In this document: positions 50,802 to 63,843 of the stretch, piece by piece
Position numbering within the stretch: position 1 is the first letter of the stretch
Layout: each line of letters opens with the position of its first letter
NCBI GenBank assembly: GCA_038087875.1
Contig: JAXLNO010000524.1
Location: 1 to 64,000 of the forward strand
Direction: 5' to 3'
Source: Malacoraja senta
Lineage: Eukaryota
DNA length: 64,000 bases
Notes under the pieces: model-generated
Told to the model about the DNA's origin: nothing
Database searches by the model: none
The model's input: only the letters and a program-made list of their open reading frames with translations
Program-made: the position numbers and the translations under genes

Positions 50802-51848
50802 TAGCAATGTTACAAAATTTTGAGATTTTAAAAATCAAGTCTGTAATTTATCCCATCAGATAAAGCACAAAAAGAAGTTTAATTTGACACCTAATTCACT
50901 TTCATATCTTCAGTATTAAAAAAAGTTATGGCCATTTTCATACTCGGAAATTAGCATCTTGTTCCCTATTGCTTTTCCATTGTCTTAACACAAAAGCTGT
51001 GATCGAGGACAGTCAAAAGCCCATAACTTTCTTAAAAATTAAGAGAACTGAAATACATTTTCAGTTATTATAGATTGAAGCATTCTGAAACAAATATGAA
51101 ACAATCTTACTTAGATGACATGAAATTAAAGCATATAATTAGTTAGTTACTTAATTGTAGCTAATTACAAAATTCAATTACTAGATCTAAGCATCTATCA
51201 ATTTCTTAAGAATAGATTAACATTTTTAAATAGCCTAAGTGTCCAAATAACATTCACACAAGAATTCACAATATAACATAATTTTTAAATCTCATTGTCA
51301 TGGATTTATAGGCCAAATGGAAGGAATTTAATGTTTAATACCTGTAAATTAATGGCCATTTAAATCATCTTGCAAGTGTGTTTTCTGGAACGCAATCATT
51401 TGGAACGTTGCGGTTGCGGTGAATTTAAACCCGTATCGGCATGAAAAATACTGCCGGTTCGTATGGGGAAAAAAAATCACCGTTTCGCAACTTAAAATGT
51501 GAATTAAAGGCATCTTAAGGAGCACTTTTATACATAAAATAAACGGCTTTCGTTTACCTGTCCCGTGCGTGAAACCCGTCCCTGTTGTCGGCGTTGATGG
51601 CTTTAGAAGCTGATTTATAAATTACTCCAGCGCTGAAATTGTCGGGCGATTTAAAAAAAAAAAATACGCAGAACGCCCGTCGGAACGATTCTTCAGCAAA
51701 AGCTCGCACTCCAACGAAATATAATCCAGGACAAGGTAGGAGAAACCCGTGTTTTAACCCCGCCCCCCCCCTCAAAGGCGCCAAAATCACGCACACGGCC
51801 AGTGGCAGAATTGCAGCGCCGCTGAAGGTAAGTACTGTAACATACCTA
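50802..51848. mobile_element. Unclassified non-autonomous DNA transposon with TAG..CTA termini and a 7-bp TSD
   Basis: Left TAGCAATGTTACA, right TGTAACATACCTA; CTGTTAT on both sides once DIRS-B is removed. Confidence 0.7.
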
Positions 51849-52959
51849 CTGTTTTACTTCGGAGTCACGTGAGTGAGTACGTGAAGAAGACCCCGTCCAG
51901 CCGCACACGTGTCATTATCGATCAGACGCATAGCGTTCATGACCGTGTGTAGCTCCTCCAGCCGGTGAGTAAAACAAAAGTAAAACAAAAGTCGGAAGGT
52001 AAGTGGGTTACTTTTCACTTACAGGAGCGTTTCCTTCCCGTTTAGACTTGTTTGGTGGAGCTCCACTCAAGTTTATTATGGAGAAATGGGAAGGAGAGGC
52101 GGCCAGGGAGCCAGCGCCAGCAGCACCTGAAGAAGGGCTGCCTGTCCGTGGGCCTACAAGAGAGCCCGCGCAGGGGGAATCTGGCAGAGACTTACCTGAA
52201 ACAGGGGAGCCAGAAATTACCCAACATAAAAATGAATATCTAGATTTAGATGATGATTTAAATGAGGACCAGAGCCCATTATCAGAGCCAAAAATGTTCC
52301 AAGGCTGGCACAAAACGTTGCTGTTCCCAGAGTAACAGGGGAACCTTTGAGAGAGGAAATAGCTATGACTATAAATTATCTACTCTCCCATCAGCCCCAG
52401 GAATTAACCATGGATGAGACTATCAAAAAATATGAGACCCGGGAAATTGTAGCAGTTACAGCAGTGAATAACTTGATATGGGTAATTTGAACAGTGGTTT
52501 ATGCTCACAAGAATTGAAATTACACAAGTGCTGAAATTTCTGGGGTCAGTGGTTTGGATGAAGGTTATATATCGTATTCACAACAAAATGCCTTAGCACT
52601 CATGTGTAGTGCGCACTTTGAAATAAATTGTATTCATAAAAATGCAATAAGACCAAATATTCATCCTAAGTATGCAGGCTCTGCAAACCATCCAATATAC
52701 AAATGCCTAAATCTGTTCTGGAGAAAATCTAGCAAAGAACTAAAGGATCACCTATGCTGAGCAGAGCGGTGAGAAGGCAGTATCCCTACAGGCGAAATGT
52801 GGTGCTGGAGAAGGAACAATCCTATCATTCTCGTATACACGTTGACGTGCTGCACTGAGGATACGTGGAGGTTACAATGTGCCTACTAGAAGGGGACAAC
52901 AACTGCCGGTGGCAAACCCCGACGTTAGGGGGCTTGGTCTGGTAAGAAACACAACAAAT

Positions 52960-54861
52960 GTTTCACACTCACAAATAGGGGAAAGGTTACGATTCTTCCT
53001 AAAAGAATGGCAATCAACAACAAATGATTCATTTATTCTATGTAGCATTGTAGGATTCAAAATTGAGTTCTCTCCACGTTTGGATCCTCCAATTCAGCAT
53101 AATTCAAACTGGTCACGGATTTTTCTCAAAGGAAGAGAATGGGTTGATCAAAGGAATTTTATGCAGAAAAGGATGATATAAATGTCAGTAGAACAACACC
53201 ATCAGTTTGTGTCAAATATTCTCCTAGGAATATTCTCCTAGAAAAGGGATGGTGGACGTAGAATCATTTCCGATCTGACAAATCTGAACCTTTATGTACA
53301 ATAGCAACATTTCAAAATGGAAACATTTACTAATGCCATTTAGCTAGTCACAAAGAATTGCTACAAGGCAAGCATAGATCTGCAAAATGCATATTATTCT
53401 GTGGCAATGCATGGTAATGATCAAAGATATTTGAAATTTAGATGGATGAGTCAGTTATGGCAATTTATAGCATTGCCCAATGGTCTGATTTCAGCACCAA
53501 GATTATTCACTAAATTGCTCAAACCAATTTTAGCTCTGTTAAGAGCTGAGGGCCATGTATTAATGGCTTATTTAGATGATATCCTCATTGTAGGGGACAC
53601 TTTGGCTGCTGCAAAATTGTCAGTATCCAGAGTCAAATACATTTTGAGAAATGAGGTTTCATTATTCACCTACAAAAATCTAAATTGTTACCAAGCAAAA
53701 AGATTGATTACCTAGGGTTCACAATTAACTCCGAACACATGGTAATCACTTTGACAAAAGATAAAAAGCTGCAGTTAATTGAAGGTTGCATAAAACTCAT
53801 TAATGAGGACACACCTTCAATTAGAGAAGTGGCAAGCTTGCTAGGCAAATTAAATGCAGTGTTTCCAGCGGTCACGTTTGGACCATTGCATTATCAATGT
53901 TTACAGAGAGCTAAGGTACAAGCGTTAAATATGAATAGAGGGCATTTTGATAGGCCCATGAAATTAACAATACAATCCATTACAGAAATAGAATGGTGGA
54001 TTAACAATGTTTATAAAGCTTCCAGAAAAGTTCTGGTAGAAACACCTTCCGTCACTCTACAGACTGATGTAAGTGCGCTGAGTTGGGGCGCTACTAACAT
54101 GATTTCCAGCTGTGGAGGTAGGTGGAATGTGAATGAAGTACCTTTGCTGGAAAATCTGGGAATCAATTACCTAGAGGTATTAGGCGCATTTTACGGCCTT
54201 AGAGCTTATTGCACTGATATGGGAAATGTGCATGTTCAGGTACAGGTTGACAATACTACAGCTGTAGCATACATAAATCACATGGGTGCTATAAAATCAG
54301 AATCATGTGATAAATTGGCAAATGAAATTTGGACCTGGGGTATTGCCAGAAAAATGTGGCTGTCAGCAATATATTTACCAGGTAAAAATTAATGCAATTG
54401 CAGACAAAAGATCACGTAAATTTAATGATAATACAGAATGAATGTTAAATCGGAAAATATTCACACAAATTAACACACAATTTGGAATGCCAGAAATTGA
54501 TCTGTTTGCATCAAGATTGAACCACCAGTTGCCTAAGTATGTGTCATGGGAACCTGATCCTGGAGCAGTAGTGGTGGATGCTTTCTCGCTACATTGGGGT
54601 GGTATGTTTCTGTATGTTTTTCCACCATTTTGTTTAATCCACAAATGCATACAGAAAATTAAACAAGATTCAGCCTCAGGGATTTTGGTAGTACCAGATT
54701 GGCCTACACAGGTATGGTACCCACTGGTGTTAAAAATGGGGAAAAAACAACAAAAAACCCTTATGGTTATTCCAAAGCAGATTAAACTGCTTGTACACCC
54801 TGTGACTAATGAATCACATCCTTTACATAATCGTATTGGTTTGTTGATTTGCAGATTCTAA
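52960..54861 (+). pseudogene. DIRS pol: RT, RNase H and adenine-methyltransferase-like domain, frameshifted
   Basis: ALPNGLISAPRLFTK, YLDD, TDVSALSWG, INYLE, DNTTAVAYIN; IDLFASRLN..DAF..W..YVFPPF. Confidence 0.92.
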
Positions 54862-55785
54862 GAAGGCCATATCTTGGAAAAGGATTATCAGACCGTACGG
54901 TGGATGTTATAACAACAGCCTGGAGGAATAGTACCCAGAAGCACTTCATTTCCTATATAAAGAAATGGGAGGTGTTTTGTTCAGGAAAGAATATTGCATA
55001 TAACACAGCAGAAATTTCAGATGTAATAGTTTCTTTCAACTCTACACTATGAATTGAAATTAAGTTATAGTGCAATTAATACTGCACGAAGTGCACTCTC
55101 TGCATATTTAAGCAGTGAATCAGAACAAACTCCAATTGGAGCACATCCTTGGGTCTGTAGGTTTATGAAAGGAATTTTCAACTCTAATCCTCCCAGACCC
55201 AGGTATACAGAAATTTGGAATGTAAAAGATGTACTGATGTTCCTAAGGAATTGGAATCCAGTTGAAACTCTGTCATTATCCAAAATTACCATGAAATTGG
55301 TTATGCTCATGGCATTAGTTTCAGCGCAGAGAGTTCAAACATTACAGAAACTCAGAATTGATAGAATGAAAGTAGGGCAAAATGCCGTGACATTCTATGT
55401 CTATGATTTACTGAAGCAAAGTAGACCTGGGTTCACAGGATGCAAGTTGGAATTTTTAGCATATCCTACAGATTCACGACTGTGTGTAGTAACATATGTG
55501 AAATGTTACATAGAAACAACAAAAGTTTTAAGAGGCGCCGAATTGGCATTTTTTATTAGTCATAAAAGGCCTCATAAGAAAGTGTCAACACAAACAATTT
55601 CACGATGGTTGAAACAGGTGTTGAGATATTCAGGTATTGATACTGATAAATTTAAATCTCATTCCACCAGGGCGGCATCAACATCAGCGGCCAGGGATTC
55701 AGACGTGCTAATAGACCTTATTCTCGCGGCCGCAGGATGGGCAAGTGAACAGATGTTTCAAAAAGTATTACCACAAGGAGATTAA
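54849..55785 (+). pseudogene. DIRS tyrosine recombinase, frameshifted
   Basis: LSYSAINTARSAL, LVSAQRVQTL (catalytic R), KQSR, HSTR (HxxR), AAGW; the final Tyr region is frameshifted. Confidence 0.92.
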
Positions 55786-56010
55786 AGATCTCAGAGGGTT
55801 TGGTGATGCCGTGCTGGATACAGTATTATATCCCCCATTATAATAAATGGGCCTAATTTTGTTACTTTTATAAAAATAAATAAAACCATTAACTGATTAC
55901 ATTCAAATGTTGTGGTTATGCATTGTTGATTGTGCTTACTCAAATAGAGTCAATCGATGCAGTGAACACCTGGATTTGAATCCACGGTGTGAAATCACAG
56001 AGCTTTGAAA

Positions 56011-56124
56011 TCTTCACGTAGTCACTCACGTGACTCCGAAGTAAAATAGTAAGATTAAACGAGAACTTACCAAGTTTGAAGTTTGATCTTTATTTTATGA
56101 GGAGTAACGTTGAGGGATTACGTG
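56011..56124 (+). other. DIRS ICR of DIRS-B
   Basis: Reverse complement of both termini, joined at GAAGTAAAA|TAGTAAG. Confidence 0.95.
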
Positions 56125-59053
56125 CCCTCCGCTCCCACCCTCATAAAAAGATCAAGCTAGTAGTTCTAAGTCTTTATGCATCTTACTATCATACTTCAGT
56201 AATTATCGTCTGTGATTGTCACTCCACTGCTTTGAAAGATTGACGCATGTGTGGCTGGACGGGGTCTTCTTCACGTAATCCCTCAACGTTACTCCTCATA
56301 AAACAAAGATCAAACTTCAAACTTGGTAAGTTCTCGTTTAATCTTACTATTATAGCACCTGGCCCAACTACATCCTCTGGCAGTTCATTCCATATACCAA
56401 TCACCTTCTGAGTGAATAAGCTGACCCTCAAATTTTTCTTAAATCTTGCCCCTCTCACCTTCTCCATAATTACACAAAATCTCCTTTTCTAAGGGGTGGC
56501 CTACGGACCTGTCCCGCGCGCGTGCGGCATTGATCCGCATCTCCTCCCTTCACCGGGGAAGTGACCGGGGAAGTAACCGGGTACGGTGCCGGAGACCCGC
56601 ATGGTGGAGGCGGCAAAGCCGGCGAGCGCGAGGGAGGAGACAGTACAACAGTTGGAGGGTACATCAGACGCATGACCTCTGGATACGAAACTGTAGGACG
56701 TGGTTCCTTCACAGGAAGATGTTGACAGTTGCAGGGCTGTGAATGTGACCCAAACGGCCATAGCGCTTGTCGGTTTGAACTTGTCCACTAGAGAGAGAAT
56801 TAAGTGGTTTGCTGGACTTGTCGAAAGATTGTTTCTGTGCGTCGCGTTTCAGCTGGAGTTGTTTCTGGACAACGGGAAGTGAACGGACCTGTGGCTGCAG
56901 CAGCTTCTGGGGCACGGGCAGAGCAGCACGGGTCTGCCGAGACATCAGGCATTGGGGCTGGAGACCCCAGTATTGGGACGCGGGCGATGTTCCTTAAGTT
57001 GAGTAGGTCCAAGTGTACCTCAGATTTAGCAAGGTGTGAGCGCTCCATTAATTGTTTGGCGTTACGGACGGCCTGTTCTGCGAGTCCTTTGGACTGTGGA
57101 AATTCAGGGATGCTGGTGACATGGCGAAAATCCCATCGTTGAGCAAAGTTTTTGAAACACTGACTGCCATTATCAGATAGGAGACGTGCAGGGGCGCCGT
57201 CCACGGAGAAGTGGCGTGACAACTTTTGGATGACTGAGAGAGGATGTGATGGTTTGGAGTAGGTTAATTTCGAACCATCCCGAATACGAATCAACAAGAA
57301 CCAGATAGTGTTTTCCACGCAACTCGAATATGTCGATAGCGACCGTGGACCACGGCAGAGGAGGAACAGGGTGTGAGAGCAAGGGTTGTTTCTGTGGTGT
57401 GGCGTTAGGCTGTTGCAGACAGTGCAGATTTCGACATTTTCGCGTATATATTTGGTCATGCCAGGCCAGTAAAACATGCTCTGCGCTCGTTGTAGGGTTG
57501 CTTCCACACCAGGGTGGCCCCTGTGGATGGCATTAAAGTACTTGTCCCGAAGAACAGCTGGGATGACTGGTTTGTGACCCTTGATTATAACCCCATCCTG
57601 TAGTACCAGTTCGTCGCGAACTAAGTAGTATGGACGAATCGCAAGTGGGGTACTGTGTTGTTTATCCATCCAGCGTGGCTGGCTGGATAAACAAGAGGAC
57701 AGTAGTTGTAGAGTTTCATCGGCAGCCCTATGCTCTGCCAGGCTGTTCAGGCATTCAGTAGGTACGTACGACAGCATAATTACTGTGATCTGGTCTTATT
57801 CTGAGAGCTGTTGTTCGCAGGTTTTGCGTAGGCCTTTTTGTAGACCATAGTAAATTCGAAATGCTGTGGCTGCATCATCATCTGTTGCCCGCGAGCCGGA
57901 GCAGCGTGAACGGGTTTGTTCAGAATGGTGACCAGCAGCTGGTGGTCTGTTTCCACCATCACAGATTTTCCCAAAATAAAGTCTTTGAATTTTGTGCTGG
58001 CAAAAACCACGGCAACAGTTCTTTTTCGATCTGGGCATAATGTTGGTCAGTTTCTGTCAGGGTACAGGAGGCGTCGATGGAAATCTGTAGGCAAGCAGCG
58101 CCAAGTCCATATTGGGATGCGTCACAAGTGAGCGTCACTGGCAACTTTAAAGCAAAGTAGGCGAGGGTTGGAGCACTGGCCAGTTGCAACTTGAGGATTT
58201 CAAAAGCTCTTTGGTGCTGTGGGTACCAGGACCAGGCAGTGTCATTGTGAGTCAGTTCCCGCAGAGGGGGCATATATATCGCTGAGGTTGGGAATGAATT
58301 GCCCCAGGTAGTTGACCATTCCCTGGAATCTCTGTAAACTCGTAATGTCAGTGGGAACGGGCATCCCGTTGATGGCAGTGGTCTTGGATGGGTCTGAGAC
58401 CATCTCTGTACCTGAGACCATCACTGGTGAAAACGTGGCAGACATTGAAATCTGCATTTTAGAGGGTTGAGCTTTAGATGAATGTCTTTGGCACGATCTA
58501 GTACTTTTTTTTAGATTGGCGTCATGTTCAGCCGTGTCGTGTCCAACAAAGAGGATACCCGCAAATAATTGTTCTAGTGTGCCCTGCAAAACCTCACTAG
58601 CAAAGTTGATACCGAAGGGCATTCTCAGTCATTTGTAGTGGCCAAAGGAGGTGCCGAACGTGGTGAGATTGGATGAGTCAGAGTCCAGCGGGATCTGCCA
58701 AAACAAACTTTCGGCATCCACAACAGAGAACACAAATGCACTGCCTATCTGAGCAGCAACTTCCTCTACTGTTTGCATCGGGTAGTGTGGCCGTTTGATC
58801 GCTGTGTTTAGGTCTCTGGGGTTGATGCAGATTCAGATTTCTTTCTTGTTTTTCTTTGTTGCAACCACCATGGTGGAAACCCAGTCAGACGGATCAGTAA
58901 CCGTACCAACCGTACCAGTGAGCTGGAGCTCACTGTATACTCTGTCGCGCATAGCATGCGGTATATGGTGTGGTGCTCGGACCACAGGTGCAACATTTGG
59001 ATCAGTGGCGATATTGTACTTGATGGGCATTTTTCCAAGCTTGTCATCAAATA

Positions 59054-59338
59054 CAGGGGCAGAAATCCCAGGGAAGGCCAGGGGGGACACGTCCCCACCC
59101 CCCATTTTTTGTAATCCGGATTTTAAAACGCGGTGAAATCTCCACTTTCAGCGAGACAGTGGGGGTGGGACTGCGGTCCGAGGGCGCCGATTGGACGAGA
59201 GAGATGTCGGTCAGCAGGCAATGGGGGCGGGACATGATGATTCAGCGCGATCATTGGAGGAGGGAGGTGTCGGTCAGAGGCGGAAGTAGGGGGGGGTGGG
59301 ACTGAGGATAGAGCGTGGTGATTGGAGGAGGGAGATGT
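59054..59338. mobile_element. Truncated hAT-like MITE fragment inside Gypsy pol
   Basis: Starts CAGGGGCAGAAATCCCAGGG..GGGGGGACACGTCCCC and interrupts the protease-RT linker; second TIR not seen. Confidence 0.5.
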
Positions 59339-60183
59339 GCCAAAACACTCTCGGCAGCCCTGGACACCAAAGATACTAGTATCTTTGATGGACACAGACC
59401 TGCGCCTCATCCGCATCCAGGATTGATCCCGGCTCTCCGGCGCTGCAATTGCTGCCGAATTGCCACTGGACCATTCGTTATCAGTAGGTTCATGTTTTAA
59501 CAGGTGTACAGTATGTCTTGGGAACGAACGAGCCATGCGAGAATGACAACATTTCACGACGTGGTTAAAATTCTTACAGTAGTGGCAAATTTTACCGTAA
59601 GCAGCACAGAATTCACGACCTGTAGTGTGGGAGCTGTGACAGTTAGAGCACCATTCGATAGATCTCTCAGGCTACCAGGGTGGGGTGGGTTGTGAATGTC
59701 GGTTGCGATAGGAGGTGTCAGTAGCATTGACATTGAACGGGGATCGTGGCCCAGAGCCCACAGACTTTGTGTGGGAAGCCTTAAGTTCAGCGATTCTGCA
59801 AGCATGTTCAGCTCGGTCCAAGGTCAATTCAGTATCACAAAGCAATTTGTCTCGTACCTTGTTACTGAATAAACCTCCTACCAGTTTGTCATGGATGAGA
59901 TCTTCACACAAATCTCCGAAACGACAGAAACATATAAAATTATAAAAGGACTGGACAAGCTAGATGTTGGGTGAGTCCAGAACCTGTCTTAGAATAAAGG
60001 GGAAGCCATTTAAGACTGAGGTGAGAAAAAACTTTTTCACCCAGAGAGTTGTGAATTTGTGGAATTCCCTGCCACAGAGGGCAGTGGAGGTCAAGTCACT
60101 GGATGTATTTAAGAGAGAGTGAGATAGAGCTCTTGGGGCTAGTGGAATCAAGGGATATGTGGAGAAGGCAGGCACAGGTTATT

Positions 60184-61384
60184 ACATAGATACATAGATA
60201 CATAGAAATTAGGTGCAGGAGTAGGCCATTCGGCCCTTCGAGCCTGCACCGCCATTCAATACGATCATGGCTGATCATCCAACTCAGTATCCCATACCTG
60301 CCTTCTCTCCATACCCCCTGATCCCTTTAGCCACAAGGGCCACATCTAATTCCCTCTTAAATATAGCCAATGAACTGGCCTCAACTACCCTCTGTGGCAG
60401 AGAGTTCCAGAGATTCACCACTCTCTGTGTGAAAAAGTTTTTCCTCATCTCGGTCTTAAAGGATTTTCCCCTTATCCTTAAGCTGTGACCCCTTGTCCTG
60501 GACTTCCCCAACATCGGGAACAATCTTCCTGCATCTAGCCTGTCCAACCCCATAAGAATCTTGTACGTTTCTATAAGATCCCCTCTCAATCTCCTAAATT
60601 CTAGCGAGTATAAGCCAAGTCTATCCAGTCTTTCTTCATATGAAAGTCCTGACATCCCAGGAATCAGTCTGGTGAACCTTCTCTGCACTCCCTCTATGGC
60701 TATAATGTCCTTCCTCAGATTTGGAGACCAAAACTGTACGCAATACTCCAGGTGTGGTCTCACCAAGACCCTGTACAACTGCAGTAGAACCTCACTGCTC
60801 CTATACTCAAATCCTCTTGCTATGAAGGCCAACATACCATTCGCTTTCTTCACTGCCTGCTGCACCTGCATGCCTACTTTCAATGACTGGTGTACCATGA
60901 CACCCAGGTCTCGCTGCATCTCCCCATTTCCTAATCGGCCACCATTTAGATAATAGTCTGCCTTCCCGTTTTTGCTACCAAAGTGGATAACCTCACATTT
61001 ATCCACATTATACTGCATCTGCCAAACATTTGCCCACTCACCCAGCCTATCCAAGTCACCTTGCAGTCTCCTAGCATCCTCCTCACAGCTAACACTGCCC
61101 CCCAGCTTAGTGTCATCCGCAAACTTGGAGATGTTGCTTTCAATTCCCTCGTCCAGATCATTAATATAAATTGTAAATAGCTGGGGTCCCAGCACTGAGC
61201 CTTGAGGTACCCCACTAGTCACTGCCTGCCATTGTGAAAAGGACCCGTTTACTCCTACTCTTTGCTTCCTGTTTGCCAGCCAGTTCTCTATCCACATCAA
61301 TACTGAACCCCCAATACCGTGTGATTTAAGTTTGTATCCTAATCTCTTATGTGGTACCTTGTCCAAAGCCTTCTGAAAGTCCAG
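60184..61384 (-). mobile_element. Young 5'-truncated CR1 with an uninterrupted 360-aa RT C-terminal frame
   Basis: ORF 60284-61366 with GVPQGSVLGP and FADDTK; (TCTATGTA)n tail. Confidence 0.97.
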
Positions 61385-61452
61385 GGGACGATTGGGGACG
61401 ATCAGCCATGATCACAATGAATGGAGGTGCTGGCTCGAATGGCCTCCTCCTG

Positions 61453-62307
61453 AGGTACTACATCTCGGCAGGACAAATCAAAATAGGACGTACATGGTAA
61501 ATGGTAGAGAATTGAGGAATGCAGTTGAACAGAGGGATCTAGGAATAGCTGTGCATAGTTCCCTGAAGGTGGAATCTCATGTAGATAGGGTGGTAAAGAA
61601 AGTTTTTGGGGTGCTGGCCTTTATAAATCAGAGCATTGAATATAGAAGTTGGGATGTAATGTTAAAATTGTACAAGGCATTGGTGAGGCCAATTCTAGAG
61701 TATGGAGTACAATTTTGGTCGCCTAATTATAGGAAGGATGTCAACAAAATAGAGAGAGTACAGAGGAGATTTACTAGAATGTTGCCTGGGTTTCAGCAAC
61801 TAAGTTACAGAGAAAGGTTGAACAAGTTAGGTCTTTATTCTTTGGAGCACAGAAGGTTAAGAGGGGACTTGATAGAGGTCTTTAAAATTATGAGCGGGTT
61901 AGACAGAGTTGACGTAGATAAGCTTTTTCCATTGAGAGTAGGGAAGATTCAAACAAGGGGACATGACTTGAGAATTAAGGGACAGAAGTTTAGTGGTAAC
62001 ATTAGGGGGAAATTCTTTACTCAGAGAGTGGTAGCTGTGTGGAATGAGCTTCCAGTGGAAGTGGTGGAGGCTGGTTCGATTTTATCCTTTAAAAATAGAT
62101 TGGATGGGTATATGGACGGGAAAGGAATGGAGGGTTATGGTCTGAGTGCAGGTAGATGGGACTAGGGGGAAGTATTTATTTAAAAAAAAAAATAAATAAA
62201 AGAAAAAAAAAATAATAATAATAATAATGTTCGGCACGGACTTGAAGGGCCGAGATGGCCTGTTTCCGTGCTGTAATAGTTATATGGTTATATGGTTATA
62301 TGGTTAT
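61453..62307 (+). mobile_element. 5'-truncated CR1 of a different subfamily
   Basis: EVLHLGR..RDLG..RPILEY..ERVQRRFTRM; (TATGGTTA)n tail. Confidence 0.95.
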
Positions 62308-62805
62308 TTTCTATGTTTCTATGATAGCGTGCAGCCATGTGTTTTAAATCACTGAGGAAGTTTTCAATAGGTTCTTCTTGCTGTTGGAAGAGAGCAAATA
62401 ACTTAGTACATTCAATTATGGAGTTGGCTCAAAGGTCGCATTGCTGTCTGAACTTAGTGAGCAGGACTGCAGGGTTACACATAGTTTCAGCAGGCACCAC
62501 AACCTGGTTGTTGTGATCCATAACAGCAGGCGCGTAGTTAAAACACTCTGCACACTTCATTGCTTCAAGGCCAGCAACATTAAGTAGTATAGAGGCATGT
62601 ACGTCAGGTACAGCGCTGCGATGGGCAGCACGAATGTAGTGGTTGTAGTCGCGCTCAAAGATGCGGCAACGTTCAGCGATGTCCGAGTCAAAGAACAGAG
62701 GATCTGGACGGCAAAGCGAGCTAGCCATGGCAGCGATAGCAAGTATACACAACAACTAGGTGGACAAAATAAAAAACGATATACTTAAACACGGAGTGGG
62801 TAGGC

Positions 62806-62823
62806 AACCACTTCTTGACACCA
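62806..62823 (-). promoter_or_regulatory. Gypsy primer-binding site, resembling the tRNA-Leu(CAA) 3' end
   Basis: Minus strand TGGTGTCAAGAAGTGG immediately follows the LTR-terminal ACA. Confidence 0.7.
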
Positions 62824-63659
62824 TGTAAATGACTCAGTCATTGACACAACATGGTACAACATAGTTTTATTAAAGATCACTCAAAGGCCTGTCTCACGAG
62901 TCTGCGGTCATTGGCGGCAAAACAGGAACAATCTACCGCTCCTGGGCCGCCAGAGACCGCGGGCTCGGTCAAACGCCCGCCGCCGGGGCCGTGCGGCGTT
63001 GTTCCCAACACCGCACGGTGCTAAAATAAAACCAACACTGTTCAAAAATATGTTCTTACTGCACAGCCGCCGCCAGTGAGGCATGAGTGCGGCACGGCCG
63101 CTGCCACAGCCGCCGCCAGTGCGGCACGAGCGCCGTGCGTCGAACTTGCACCGCCACAGCCTCCGCCAGTGAGGCACGACCGCCGCCACAGGCACCGCCA
63201 CAGCCGCCGCTAGTGAGTCACGTGTGCCGCACGGCCGCCTCCACAGCCACCGCCACAGCACCGCGATCAGCACTGCCGCCGCCACAGCCCCGCAGATCCG
63301 AAATGACGTCATCGCAGTCGGCCCGCCCTTTGTTTTTACTTACCGCAAGCTCGTGGGACCAGCCGTACTTAAATCACTCGGCCCCCGTGCAGCATCCGTG
63401 CGGCGCTCCTGTGGCATAGGCTCGGCGCTCTCGCCATTGCCGTGCGGTCCCCTCTACCGGCGACGCCGCGCTTCACCGCCGATGACCGCAACACCGTGAG
63501 ACAGAGCCTTTACTGTATACTTCAACATGATGTTATAGCTTGTGTAGCGACTATTCGACTGCCAGCATGAGCTGAGTTCTGATAATATAAAGCATATAGT
63601 AGGCGGAGATTCTACTAATAAAGCACTACAATTGGTTAGTGTGAAGTAACCAATCAACA
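62824..63659 (-). repeat. Gypsy 5' LTR, interrupted by a Harbinger MITE
   Basis: TG..CA termini (plus strand TGTAAAT...ATCAACA); CR1 host sequence resumes at 63660. Confidence 0.7.
62884..63509. mobile_element. Harbinger MITE related to the 22352-27360 element
   Basis: TCA|AAGGCCTGTCTCACGAG...GTGAGACAGAGCCT|TTA; left part homologous to 22352-22770, right part to ~27190-27360. Confidence 0.93.
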
Positions 63660-63718
63660 CCTACCTTAGGTAAAAGACTGTGCATTCACTCTATCTATTC
63701 CCTTCATGATTTTATACA

Positions 63719-63843
63719 TGATCTTCTTCTTGCGTATGGCGTGCTCAGCCTAAAGTTGTAGGTCAACTTGTTCTATTTGATCTCGGTTTGATTGCATTAA
63801 TCGAAACAGGGTGGACCACATGAAGGTTGCAATCTCCCACCCC
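63719..63843 (-). mobile_element. Short retroposon with a (GAA)n-type tail, probably RTE-mobilised
   Basis: Interrupts the CR1; ATACA on both sides (63714-63718, 63844-63848); minus strand ends GCAAGAAGAAGAT. Confidence 0.55.

Larger units (their letters stand above)
51852..56351 (+). mobile_element. DIRS1-type retrotransposon (DIRS-B); both termini present, ORFs interrupted
   Basis: Left terminus TTTTACTTCGGAGTCACG; ICR 56011-56124; right ITR ending CTTACTATT; RT, RNase H, MT-like and YR domains. Confidence 0.97.
59928..62325 (+). mobile_element. Outer 5'-truncated CR1 inserted in Gypsy gag, itself split by two more CR1s
   Basis: Pieces at 59928-60183, 61385-61452 and 62307-62325; removing the whole block restores gag HMAARCRFGDL. 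Confidence 0.85.
56468..63659 (-). mobile_element. Ty3/Gypsy LTR retrotransposon, decayed; 5' LTR and PBS present, 3' LTR lost, multiple nested insertions
   Basis: gag (MASSLCRPDPL, RDKLL), RT (MPFGINFASEV), RNase H (CDASQYGLGA, YAQIEKEL, ETDH), integrase (HRGHPG..C..C, VDSYS, SDNG, GLAEQAV); PBS TGGTGTCAAGAAG. Confidence 0.92.

Noticed and set aside
55054..55785. Phage integrase plus methyltransferase suggesting prophage or bacterial contamination
   Set aside because: Both are standard DIRS domains, embedded between the DIRS ITRs and ICR alongside RT and RNase H.
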